Below are positions 9,382 through 17,350 of a stretch of DNA of 35,700 bases, one piece after another. A model generated the notes under the pieces. The model was given only the letters and a program-made list of their open reading frames with translations. It was not told the DNA's origin and did not search any database. The translations under genes and the position numbers were made by a program. Source of the DNA: a virus (Duplodnaviria > Caudoviricetes); the IMG/VR virus record IMGVR_UViG_3300037629_000004, positions 1 through 35,700 of that record; one strand, given 5' to 3'. Positions within the stretch are counted from its first letter, which is position 1. Each line of letters begins with the position of its first letter.

Positions 9382-9408
9382 TTGCTTATCATTTAGTTAG
9401 TTAAATCA

Positions 9409-9561
9409 TTATGGCAACCATGTTTCTTCTCCATTTAATCCAAGCATCGTATCATCCACTTCATCTTCATCACAATTAGGATAGCCACCTGCTCCGCAGT
9501 ATTCCTCGTCTATTTCTTCCATAGACCAAATAGCCTGACAATTTGGACACATTAGTAACAT
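9409..9561 (-). CDS. 50-aa acidic Cys-containing protein (MLLMCPNCQAIWSMEEIDEEYCGAGGYPNCDEDEVDD...)
   Basis: Translated by hand; CPNC motif and acidic tail. Confidence 0.6.
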   Translation of the reverse strand: MLLMCPNCQAIWSMEEIDEEYCGAGGYPNCDEDEVDDTMLGLNGEETWLP

Positions 9562-9565
9562 GTCT

Positions 9566-10051
9566 TTATTCTGATTTAGTTAATTCATCGGCAATCTTAT
9601 GATAATCCATAGGGTCAATTAATAAAGTTCTTTCTCCATGAGCTTCTTCAATCCATCCTATATTTGTAGTTGAATATTTATTCAACACTTCAATTATCCT
9701 CTCCCTTGTCGGATGTTGCGTTGAAGCATTCTTATTCCAAAACATAGCGCAAATCTCACAACTTCTTTTTTCAACTATGGCAGCGTATTCTTCCATAGCT
9801 TCAAGTGCCTCACTTACATATATTAAAGTTCTCGGATTACCTTCACAACTACCATAATGAACAGAATGTTTATCAAGTATCTCTTCCGCAGACTTCACAA
9901 CTGGCTCAACCTCTTTCGATAACTCGGCAAGTTCGGATTCAATCTTGTCTTTTAATTGATTGAATCGTTCAGGAACAATAGAATCTTTAGAATTATAAAT
10001 ATCTACCAGTTCTTCCAATAACTCGATTTTGCGCTGCTCTTTGCTTTTCAT
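9566..10051 (-). CDS. Hypothetical protein
   Basis: 161-aa packed ORF. Confidence 0.7.
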   Translation of the reverse strand: MKSKEQRKIELLEELVDIYNSKDSIVPERFNQLKDKIESELAELSKEVEPVVKSAEEILDKHSVHYGSCEGNPRTLIYVSEALEAMEEYAAIVEKRSCEICAMFWNKNASTQHPTRERIIEVLNKYSTTNIGWIEEAHGERTLLIDPMDYHKIADELTKSE

Positions 10052-10055
10052 AACT

Positions 10056-10307
10056 TTATTTTATAAACATTGATTCAAAATATCTTAGTTTTATCTCGTA
10101 TTTGCCCCTTACCTTTCTCTCAGATACCAATATCCCCCTCGGTAACTCTTTGTATAGATATATCCCGTTTGCCGTTATTACCGCTTTAAAACCATTATCC
10201 ACGTCCATAATTTCAAAACTCACTGGCTTAAAGGGTATGTTGTCAGCTTCAGGGCAGTAACCCCGCAGAGAGATTGATAAAAGCAGTATGGTTAAAAATA
10301 ACTTCAT
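10056..10307 (-). CDS. Hypothetical exported or membrane protein
   Basis: N-terminal hydrophobic signal-like segment. Confidence 0.6.
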   Translation of the reverse strand: MKLFLTILLLSISLRGYCPEADNIPFKPVSFEIMDVDNGFKAVITANGIYLYKELPRGILVSERKVRGKYEIKLRYFESMFIK

Positions 10308-10310
10308 TGC

Positions 10311-10847
10311 TTATGCTTGTTTAATCTTGTTTTTCTGTATTTTCTGTTTCAGTGCCAATATTCTCAGGGCTCCAAGTCTTGCAAGTTGATAGCGTTGTTT
10401 ATCATCCCACTTCAGGGCATTGGCGTTGTTTTTACATTCCTTTGCCATTGTAACGGCGTGCCATGTCACTTTATATGAATCGTGACCGCCTTCCTCATAC
10501 CACTTATAATTTGTGCCTTCTTTCACGCCGACAACAAGCAATCCCGCATTTTCTGGAATTACTGATAAAGCAATATCCTTTAACTTTTCGGGTACAGCAA
10601 AATAAAATCTCTTGATCAGGTTATGACAATGTCCATGTCTTTTACTTGCATCCTTTAATAAATCCGATTTACTGACTTTAATTTCAATTTCGGTAGCATA
10701 TCCGGTATTACTCAAAATCAAAATGTCGCATTCATGAAGTGGTCGATAATGATTATCGGTTATTCCCCAACACACATTCGGAACTATCAGATTTTGCCGT
10801 GGGTTAAATCCTTTTATAATGGCAATTTCAACATCAAGAGTATTCAT
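10311..10847 (-). CDS. MmcB-like PD-(D/E)xK nuclease
   Basis: ECDIL...EIEIKVSKSDL...FYFAVP pattern. Confidence 0.75.
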   Translation of the reverse strand: MNTLDVEIAIIKGFNPRQNLIVPNVCWGITDNHYRPLHECDILILSNTGYATEIEIKVSKSDLLKDASKRHGHCHNLIKRFYFAVPEKLKDIALSVIPENAGLLVVGVKEGTNYKWYEEGGHDSYKVTWHAVTMAKECKNNANALKWDDKQRYQLARLGALRILALKQKIQKNKIKQA

Positions 10848-10851
10848 TTCA

Positions 10852-11016
10852 TTATTGTTTTGCGATTAACCCGACGATCCAGTTTATTACATACATTGCC
10901 CCGCAGGTAAAAGCAATTACCATCGCCAGCACACCGAAGGCAATAACGACAATCATTCCAATAGGATTACCATTATAGTCATCGACTATCTCCTGTTCAG
11001 TTTGTTTCTTGTTCAT
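10852..11016 (-). CDS. 54-aa single-TM protein (start MNKKQ)
   Basis: Internal ATG avoids a long overlap; hydrophobic C-terminal half. Confidence 0.6.
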   Translation of the reverse strand: MNKKQTEQEIVDDYNGNPIGMIVVIAFGVLAMVIAFTCGAMYVINWIVGLIAKQ

Positions 11017-11194
11017 GATATTTTGTATTTGGTAAGTGACATTTCGGAGTATCGTAATACCAGGTTCTATAAACATCTGAATAAACCATCTTCTGAGTAG
11101 CATTATCCCAATGCCTGCGAAGTCCGCACCACTTGCAACGAAACTCCCTGAATCCGGGCAGTTTTTCCCACTCATGATGATTAATAAGGTGCAT
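10997..11194 (-). CDS. Small Zn-finger-like protein
   Basis: HEW...CKWC...C pattern. Confidence 0.55.
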   Translation of the reverse strand: MHLINHHEWEKLPGFREFRCKWCGLRRHWDNATQKMVYSDVYRTWYYDTPKCHLPNTKYHEQETN

Positions 11195-12497
11195 TTCCTT
11201 CGGTTATAATTGTCAAACTTTCATTATGATATAAGCACTTTGAAAACAAGGCCCCGTTTCTGTCTTTGGCGCAATCAATTATCAACAATCCCTTTGTTTC
11301 AATGGGATTTTCATCAATCTTAATGCTTAAAATATTGTAGTAATAAGGGCGATATATGAAGCAAACTATATCTGCATCCTGTTCAATGGCTCCCGACTCC
11401 CGGAGATCTGAAAGCCTGGGGCGTTTATCTGCTCTTTCTTCGACTCCCCTGTTTAACTGACTCAGTGCTATTATCGGAATTGAATATTCCTTTGCGATAG
11501 CCTTTAGCCCCTGTGATATTTTACTAACCTCCTGTTCCCTGTTTCCGGCATCCTGTTTCATGAGCTGCAGGTAGTCAACTATTACCATCTTAACCCCGTA
11601 CCTGATTATCATTTTCTTAATCTTTGAGCGGAGTTCAAATATTGTCAGTGCCGGGGTGTCATCAATGTAAATAGGCAGATTAGCTACCTGATCACTTGAG
11701 TAAACCAGTTTATCAAAATCCAGATCGGCGTTTCTTATTTCAACATTGGAATAACCGCTTGCGCCCGATAACAACCTTGCTGATATTTCGCTCTCTGACA
11801 TTTCGAGAGAAAAGAGGCAAATAGGATAATTGAGTTTTGCCGGGTTAAGGGCAAGTGTTAGTGCCATTGCAGTTTTACCCATTGAAGGACGGCCAGCTAT
11901 GATAATTAAATTACCTGGTTGCCAGCCTCCGGTGATCCTGTCAATAGAAGTGAACCCGGAAGGAACCCCGACAAGTGACTTCTCTTTTTTGAATATCTTT
12001 TCAACTTCAGTCAGTAATTCATCTATACACCTGTCAATCTTTTTGGGATCTTTATTCTGAGTGAAGTTTGAAATATTGAGTATTTGTGATTCTGTAAACT
12101 CTATTACCTCTTCCAGCGACTCTTCAAAGGCCATGTTAATTATTTCATACCCGGTCCTGATGTATTCCCTTAACAGATATTTCTCTTTGATTATCAAAAC
12201 ATGATTGTTAATGTAGCCGGAGGAAACAACTGATTCTGTTAGTTTGGTTATATACAACGGACCTCCTACCGATTCAAGTAAGTTGTTTCTTCTGAGGTAA
12301 TCAGTAAGGCTAACAATATCACATGAAGTTTTTGAAAGCTCCAGAATAGCTGTAAATATTTTCTGGTGCGATTCTTTATAAAACATTTCCGGCTTTAACT
12401 GGATGCTGTGAATAACATCAGGATAACAAAGACAGGTCCCAAGTACTGCTATCTCTGCTTCGATCATCTGAGGGGGTATTTTACCTAAGTCTATCAT
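11181..12497 (-). CDS. dnaB: Replicative DNA helicase
   Basis: GRPSMGKT, IVDYLQL, LSQLNR and DLRESGAIEQDAD motifs. Confidence 0.97.
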   Translation of the reverse strand: MIDLGKIPPQMIEAEIAVLGTCLCYPDVIHSIQLKPEMFYKESHQKIFTAILELSKTSCDIVSLTDYLRRNNLLESVGGPLYITKLTESVVSSGYINNHVLIIKEKYLLREYIRTGYEIINMAFEESLEEVIEFTESQILNISNFTQNKDPKKIDRCIDELLTEVEKIFKKEKSLVGVPSGFTSIDRITGGWQPGNLIIIAGRPSMGKTAMALTLALNPAKLNYPICLFSLEMSESEISARLLSGASGYSNVEIRNADLDFDKLVYSSDQVANLPIYIDDTPALTIFELRSKIKKMIIRYGVKMVIVDYLQLMKQDAGNREQEVSKISQGLKAIAKEYSIPIIALSQLNRGVEERADKRPRLSDLRESGAIEQDADIVCFIYRPYYYNILSIKIDENPIETKGLLIIDCAKDRNGALFSKCLYHNESLTIITEGNAPY

Positions 12498-13126
12498 CTG
12501 CCGGGTCCTGATTTAAATTCTGGTATACTAACTGCCTGTTGTGTTGTGTTGTCTCTTTTTAATGGGAATAAACCAGCCCAATTATTACCCGTTGCTTGGT
12601 CTATAATTTGTCTTGCCGTATCGGGATTACCAGAAGAAAGTCTTAGTAGATTTCTATAACACGCCTCTACTGATTTCTGGTTTTTGTATTTTTCATTTCT
12701 CGACTTCTTGTAATCCATCCATTCCATAAAAACAGGAATAAACTTTACATCTATAAAATGAAAATCAAAATCTGCCTTCTTCTTATTATTTATATCACTA
12801 TCACTTACACTATCACTTACACTATCGGCATGATTTGCATCGCTTTTTATGCCTTCGGATGCGTTCGCATTTATTTTATTCCATCGCATTAAAGCACTCT
12901 GTCTGTTTTTTTCCCTCTTTTCTTCATACTTAACTAAGTCTCTTTTAAGGGTTTGCTTTATTGGTGCGAATAATAATTTAGTAAGCCTGTCCGGTGCTTC
13001 GGGATTTTTATCATTAACATACCGGAAGAAATGTTTAATCAATTTTCCCGCTTCAACATCTTCAAGTTCCTCAAAGATGTTAATCCAGTCGGCATAAACT
13101 AAAATTGATTTTTTATCTTCAGCCAT
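12494..13126 (-). CDS. Replication initiator (DUF6291-like N-terminus)
   Basis: KKSILVYADW...EAGKL N-terminus; internal DSVS repeats; EWMDYKK...NNWAGLF C-terminus; coupled to dnaB. Confidence 0.8.
   Translation of the reverse strand: MAEDKKSILVYADWINIFEELEDVEAGKLIKHFFRYVNDKNPEAPDRLTKLLFAPIKQTLKRDLVKYEEKREKNRQSALMRWNKINANASEGIKSDANHADSVSDSVSDSDINNKKKADFDFHFIDVKFIPVFMEWMDYKKSRNEKYKNQKSVEACYRNLLRLSSGNPDTARQIIDQATGNNWAGLFPLKRDNTTQQAVSIPEFKSGPGR
12792..12890. repeat. Iteron-like repeats inside the initiator gene (CTATCACTTACA tandem, GCAT/ATGC motifs); candidate replication origin
   Basis: 12-bp tandem next to an AT-rich tract; lambdoid origins lie within the initiator gene. Confidence 0.4.
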
Positions 13127-13138
13127 TGATTATCCTCC

Positions 13139-13255
13139 TTAAAAGATGCCCCCGGAACAAAAAGAAAATTCAGGTAGGTACGCATCACTGAACCTTTCCT
13201 GAATCCTTTTTGCCCGGAGGCAATATTTTAACGTGATATTTAAAACCGATCTCAT
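13139..13255 (-). CDS. Leader peptide 1, 38 aa (MRSVLNITLKYCLRAKRIQERFSDAYLPEFSFCSGGIF)
   Basis: Homologous to leader peptide 2; its stop codon overlaps TAAGGAGG before the initiator gene. Confidence 0.6.
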   Translation of the reverse strand: MRSVLNITLKYCLRAKRIQERFSDAYLPEFSFCSGGIF

Positions 13256-13266
13256 ATGTGATGCGT
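13147..13266 (-). promoter_or_regulatory. Structured leader RNA 1 (long hairpin plus 9-bp loop-to-5'UTR pairing)
   Basis: Stem 13213-13222/13147-13156; ACGCATCAC (13266-13258) is complementary to loop GTGATGCGT (13188-13180). Confidence 0.8.
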
Positions 13267-13275
13267 TTATTTCTG

Positions 13276-13307
13276 CTAAATTACTATATCACCCTGATAT
13301 ATCCAAA
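13276..13307 (-). promoter_or_regulatory. Promoter TTTG-N20-TAATTTAG with operator palindrome 13285-13301 in the spacer; drives the replication operon
   Basis: Same geometry as the promoters at 7792, 16951 and 20009; TATATCA-CCC-TGATATA. Confidence 0.8.
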
Positions 13308-13324
13308 TAATATTAAGACAAAAA

Positions 13325-13525
13325 TTACTCATAATTCAAAATTTTGTCGAGGAGATCAATATCATGACCGAGGCCCCCGGCTCGAACTACCAGATTAAAA
13401 TATTCTCTCGGCTGTAAGACCAGGTTGATTTTGCCCTTCTCCTCCTGTATCTTCAGAAGTTCGCTTGCCAGGACTGCCCTTTCGGATTCTGCCCGTTTCC
13501 TTGTTGGTGATTTGAATAGTTTCAT
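13325..13525 (-). CDS. Hypothetical protein
   Basis: ATGA-coupled ORF. Confidence 0.65.
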   Translation of the reverse strand: MKLFKSPTRKRAESERAVLASELLKIQEEKGKINLVLQPREYFNLVVRAGGLGHDIDLLDKILNYE

Positions 13526-13785
13526 CTTAAAAATATTATTCGTTTACCAGCCATAAAACAATTATGAATAAGTTGAAATTCGCTTTTTGTAATCTTGCCA
13601 TTATGAGCCTTTTCATGACATTTTCGACAGAGCGCCATTAAGTTGCTTATCACCTCCCGACCTTCTCCCCTTCCATAAATATGATGAATGTCAACAGCCG
13701 GAGAAGTACAAGCCTCACACATTATTTCCTCCTGGGTGGCATAGTCAAAATGGCTCATGTATGTCTTTATATGGGGTTGCATCAC
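13522..13785 (-). CDS. HNH endonuclease-family protein
   Basis: CEAC...DIHH...NLMALCRKCH motif. Confidence 0.85.
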   Translation of the reverse strand: MMQPHIKTYMSHFDYATQEEIMCEACTSPAVDIHHIYGRGEGREVISNLMALCRKCHEKAHNGKITKSEFQLIHNCFMAGKRIIFLR

Positions 13786-14189
13786 ATGAAGTTTATAAGT
13801 TGCTTTTCGATTTCTATACTAGATACCCCAATATCCTCTATGATTTTATCCAAGACCCTTGAATAAACCTCTTCAAATTCATCCTGTTGCATTGAGGCAA
13901 ATGATATACTCATTGCTTCATAATACATTCCCTGATCGAGCTGGTAGGCTTTGAAATAACCCGCTTTAATTGTCATATACCTTCGGTAAGTATCAAAAGG
14001 CATATCAAGTTTAGAATTTTCACAACCTACATTTATGAGTGCCATAAATTTCTTATGGAACCCCAGGTTCCGGGGATTTGTTATCTCAACCTTATAGTCT
14101 TGCCCTAGTTTTAATTTTCTTTTTTCATCCTGATCGGAAGGATAAAGAGGGACAAGTCCGGAAATAGTATTTCGGCAATAAATTTCCAT
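13782..14189 (-). CDS. DUF1367/NinB-like protein
   Basis: PRNLGFHKKF...SISFASMQQDEFEEVY motif. Confidence 0.75.
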   Translation of the reverse strand: MEIYCRNTISGLVPLYPSDQDEKRKLKLGQDYKVEITNPRNLGFHKKFMALINVGCENSKLDMPFDTYRRYMTIKAGYFKAYQLDQGMYYEAMSISFASMQQDEFEEVYSRVLDKIIEDIGVSSIEIEKQLINFM

Positions 14190-14620
14190 TATGCCAAGGG
14201 ATCAAAAGAAGGATCATCTTCAGCATTACCGCCATAAAAACCATTTCTTATATCACTTTCAACATCTCCTGTTTTCTGCTTGATTTCTGTTTTTTCCTCT
14301 CTCTTTCCTCCGGCAAAATGAAAGCGATCACACAATATTTCAGTGATGTATTTAGTTACTCCGTCTTTGGTTTCATATTGTCTGTATTGGATCTCACCCT
14401 CGACAATAATCGAAGATCCTTTTTTGACAAACTTCTCGATTGTTTCGGCTGTTTTCCCCCATGCGACAATATTGTGCCATTGAGTTTCGGTTATCGTTTC
14501 TCCGTCCTTTGTATATCTTTTGCTTGTCGCTAAAGAGAACTTTGAAACAATTTTACCAGATTCGAGATGCTTAACCTCGGGGTCGTTACCGATGTTCCCA
14601 TATAGAATTACTTTATTCAT
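14189..14620 (-). CDS. ssb: Single-stranded DNA-binding protein
   Basis: MNKVILYGNIGNDPE, TQWHNIVAWG; acidic tail. Confidence 0.95.
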   Translation of the reverse strand: MNKVILYGNIGNDPEVKHLESGKIVSKFSLATSKRYTKDGETITETQWHNIVAWGKTAETIEKFVKKGSSIIVEGEIQYRQYETKDGVTKYITEILCDRFHFAGGKREEKTEIKQKTGDVESDIRNGFYGGNAEDDPSFDPLA

Positions 14621-15234
14621 AATGTTTCGTATTTATTATAATTTTCAAGTTTTGTTTTTACTTGTTCGATCAGAATATCTAATCTTCTCTCGAACTCTTT
14701 GAATAGTTTGGCATCGGGATAAACCCGAACCATAAACAACTTCATTCCTTCGACATAACTGACAAAGTCACAATAAGGAAGTCCGGTAACAAACAACTGA
14801 CCCTGTACTTGGTATCGGTATTCTGAAGGCAATTTACCTCCCTCAATATATTCAAAGTGTGTTCGTGCCAGGGGGCATTTAATTTCAATTAACCCGTCCG
14901 TCATTCCGTCCGGTGATATACCAATCCAGTCGTGATATTTATGGTCTTCGTCGGGAATAATAAAACCGACCTGTTTAACCTCGACATCAAAAAGACTTTC
15001 ATATTCAGTTCGGGCAATAGGTTCTGTTTCTTTGCCATGTTCCATATTAGCATTAGAATACTTTTCTTCTTCTGCCTTATGCGTGATTATTTCACAGGCA
15101 ATGTTTGTGACCAGGTCTTTATGTGTCGCCGTGCTTTCTCCTGCCACAAGGGATTTAAAACGGGTTCCTGTAACACGACCACAACGAGCCTCAAACCAGG
15201 CTTCACTATTTTGATCTATATTATAGAGTATCAT
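14617..15234 (-). CDS. YqaJ/lambda-exonuclease family nuclease
   Basis: QNSEAWFEAR, ISPDG, IEIKCP and YQVQGQL motifs. Confidence 0.92.
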   Translation of the reverse strand: MILYNIDQNSEAWFEARCGRVTGTRFKSLVAGESTATHKDLVTNIACEIITHKAEEEKYSNANMEHGKETEPIARTEYESLFDVEVKQVGFIIPDEDHKYHDWIGISPDGMTDGLIEIKCPLARTHFEYIEGGKLPSEYRYQVQGQLFVTGLPYCDFVSYVEGMKLFMVRVYPDAKLFKEFERRLDILIEQVKTKLENYNKYETL

Positions 15235-15641
15235 TCTATTGACTTGTCAAGTGATACCATAAGATCAAAGAGAACAGTAGCATATGCGGATAAATCCTCA
15301 AAAGGAACTTTCCCGGCAATTACAAGATCCTTGCTGTATGAAACAGCAAAACCGGAATACTTTGATTGCTCCCTCTTTAATTCTTTGCCATAAGAGGAAT
15401 ATTTTCCTTTCTGTACCGGCTTAATTACAAGAAATGTCTGAGGATTGCCGTTCTTGTCTTGGTAGGTTTTTTCTTCTTCGGTAAACTCTGCCTCTTCTCC
15501 GGCTTTGAATTTATTCTGATCCTTAAATTTGGAATTATAAAAAGCAATCTTGTTGTCATATTTGACTTTAAAGGAATACATCTTGCCAAACTGGGTCTCT
15601 TTCTCTTTGTGAAAAATAACCTCTTTGATTAATTCTTTCAT
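15231..15641 (-). CDS. Putative OB-fold ssDNA-binding/recombination protein
   Basis: Aromatic, beta-rich N-terminus with helical C-terminus; occupies the usual annealase position. Confidence 0.5.
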   Translation of the reverse strand: MKELIKEVIFHKEKETQFGKMYSFKVKYDNKIAFYNSKFKDQNKFKAGEEAEFTEEEKTYQDKNGNPQTFLVIKPVQKGKYSSYGKELKREQSKYSGFAVSYSKDLVIAGKVPFEDLSAYATVLFDLMVSLDKSIE

Positions 15642-16675
15642 AACTCGTTGGCTTTATCCTTGATGAAGTTTGCAACCTTTATTAACAGAGAATTAGCATC
15701 TGCAATAATCCCGGCAGCCTCTATACTTTTAACCTCCGGCCTGGGTAGGTCATTTATTACCTGCATGAAGTTTAACAGTTTTGTTTTATCGGGCGCACGG
15801 GCAGCCTTTTTCTCGGCTTCCTTTGCCTTGCGTTCTGCATCGGCTTTTTCTCTTTTATCAGCCTCTTCCCTTGCCCTGATTTCTGCTTCGGCTTTCTCTT
15901 TAGCTTTTTTCTCTGCCTCTGCCTCGGCTCTTGCTTTTGCAAGTTCGGCATCTCTTTTCTCCTGTTCCTTGCGTGCCTTTTCTCTTTCTGCTTCCTGTGC
16001 TTTCAGGAGTTTGTTTTTCTCTGCCTCTGCTTTTTTGCGTTCTGCAGCCATCTCCTTTTCTCTTTCTTCGGCCTCTTTCTGCAAGCGGATATTTTCAAGT
16101 CTCTGTGCTTCACGGGCCTCGGCATCTGCCTTTTCCCTGGCAATGCGATCTTCTTCTGCCTTTTTCTCGGCTGCAATTCTTGCCTCGCGTGCTACCCGGA
16201 ACCCGGAGAGAAGATTATCAAATACGGTTTGTTCCATGTGGCCCAATGCCAGAGGCTCGATGTCAGTATAGGGGCTAAGTTTTTCAAGCCTCTCCATACG
16301 AAGTTTTTCAACTCTTTCACGTTCAAGATTCTCAAAATGATTCTCAATCTTTGACAGGGTTTCTTCTTTCTCCTGGGATGCAAAAAGCTGGGCATTTTTC
16401 CATCCATCGACAAAGCGACCTCCATTCAAATAGAATAACTTTGCTTTCTTATGGATCTCTGCCGTCCCGGTTCTGATTTTCACGTACTGCAAACGGAGTT
16501 GTTTTGCCATCTTGCAAGTATCATCATTCAGTTCAAGTTTCAGGATCTCGTTGTACTCTTTTTCGAGTTCAACCATCTTCGCCAGCATCGGAGTAAATAT
16601 CTCCTCTATCTCTTTAGCCTTGCTTTCTTCAAGACCATAGTCGGATGCGTTAATTTTAACTAATGTAGTTTCCAT
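15638..16675 (-). CDS. Long coiled-coil protein of the recombination module
   Basis: E/K/A/R-rich helical repeats. Confidence 0.75.
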   Translation of the reverse strand: METTLVKINASDYGLEESKAKEIEEIFTPMLAKMVELEKEYNEILKLELNDDTCKMAKQLRLQYVKIRTGTAEIHKKAKLFYLNGGRFVDGWKNAQLFASQEKEETLSKIENHFENLERERVEKLRMERLEKLSPYTDIEPLALGHMEQTVFDNLLSGFRVAREARIAAEKKAEEDRIAREKADAEAREAQRLENIRLQKEAEEREKEMAAERKKAEAEKNKLLKAQEAEREKARKEQEKRDAELAKARAEAEAEKKAKEKAEAEIRAREEADKREKADAERKAKEAEKKAARAPDKTKLLNFMQVINDLPRPEVKSIEAAGIIADANSLLIKVANFIKDKANEL

Positions 16676-16686
16676 TTTTAAGGGTT

Positions 16687-16812
16687 TTAATTATTATTAA
16701 ATTTTTCTTCTAGTCGTAGTTCATCTTCTTTCGATTCCATTTCCTCTTCCTCTTCCTCGGTGTAAAGAGGTTCTGTCTCCGGGTTGTTATCCCATATAGT
16801 TCTTTTGCTCAT
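16687..16812 (-). CDS. 41-aa highly acidic protein (MSKRTIWDNNPETEPLYTEEEEEEMESKEDELRLEEKFNNN)
   Basis: Translated by hand; starts 5 nt after the leader peptide 2 stop. Confidence 0.65.
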   Translation of the reverse strand: MSKRTIWDNNPETEPLYTEEEEEEMESKEDELRLEEKFNNN

Positions 16813-16817
16813 CTGGT

Positions 16818-16931
16818 TTAAATTATACCTCCGGGACAAAAGAAAAAGCACATCAGGAAGCGTGACCGACCATTTGTGCTATCTCCCGCCCGGAGGCAGT
16901 ATTTTAATGCTATGTTTAAAACTTTATTCAT
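16818..16931 (-). CDS. Leader peptide 2, 37 aa (MNKVLNIALKYCLRAGDSTNGRSRFLMCFFFCPGGII)
   Basis: Homologous to leader peptide 1; reading frame kept across a net 3-nt length difference. Confidence 0.6.
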   Translation of the reverse strand: MNKVLNIALKYCLRAGDSTNGRSRFLMCFFFCPGGII

Positions 16932-16942
16932 ATGTCACGCTT
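16826..16942 (-). promoter_or_regulatory. Structured leader RNA 2 (long hairpin plus 9-bp loop-to-5'UTR pairing)
   Basis: Stem 16889-16898/16826-16835; AAGCGTGAC (16942-16934) is complementary to loop GTCACGCTT (16866-16858). Confidence 0.8.
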
Positions 16943-16950
16943 TTCAGTAT

Positions 16951-16982
16951 CAAATTTACTATATCACTCTGATATATGCAAG
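16951..16982 (-). promoter_or_regulatory. Promoter CTTG-N20-TAAATTTG with operator palindrome 16960-16976 in the spacer; drives the recombination operon
   Basis: Consensus -7 box; TATATCA-CTC-TGATATA. Confidence 0.85.
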
Positions 16983-16998
16983 TGTTTTATGAAATATT

Positions 16999-17091
16999 TT
17001 ATCTTTTAATTTTCGGCTTAGATATGTCGATGTATGTCATCACTTTAAGTCTCTTGCGAAACAATCTTTTAATCCAGGTCGGCAGTTTCAT
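16999..17091 (-). CDS. 30-aa basic peptide (MKLPTWIKRLFRKRLKVMTYIDISKPKIKR)
   Basis: ATGA overlap with the upstream stop. Confidence 0.5.
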   Translation of the reverse strand: MKLPTWIKRLFRKRLKVMTYIDISKPKIKR

Positions 17092-17348
17092 CTGCTTGCT
17101 TTTTTAGTTGCTTCCAGTTCTATCCTGTCAAGTGTCACCTTTGAATTATTGGCTCCATGTTTGGTTCTCTTCACCAGTCCTCTTTTGATCCATTCCCTAA
17201 CCTGTCTCTGCCCGTAAGCCCTCTCTGCTCTCCTCTGGCTGATGAATCTATCTTCTTCGCCTCTCTCTGCCCTGTACCTCTTTATAGCCACGTCAGCAGC
17301 ATCTATCAAAGCATTCCGATATTCAGTTTCTGTTGCAGGGAGTCTCAT
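17088..17348 (-). CDS. Excisionase-like winged-HTH protein
   Basis: ISQRRAERAYGQRQVREWIKRGLV pattern. Confidence 0.65.
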   Translation of the reverse strand: MRLPATETEYRNALIDAADVAIKRYRAERGEEDRFISQRRAERAYGQRQVREWIKRGLVKRTKHGANNSKVTLDRIELEATKKASR

Positions 17349-17350
17349 TA

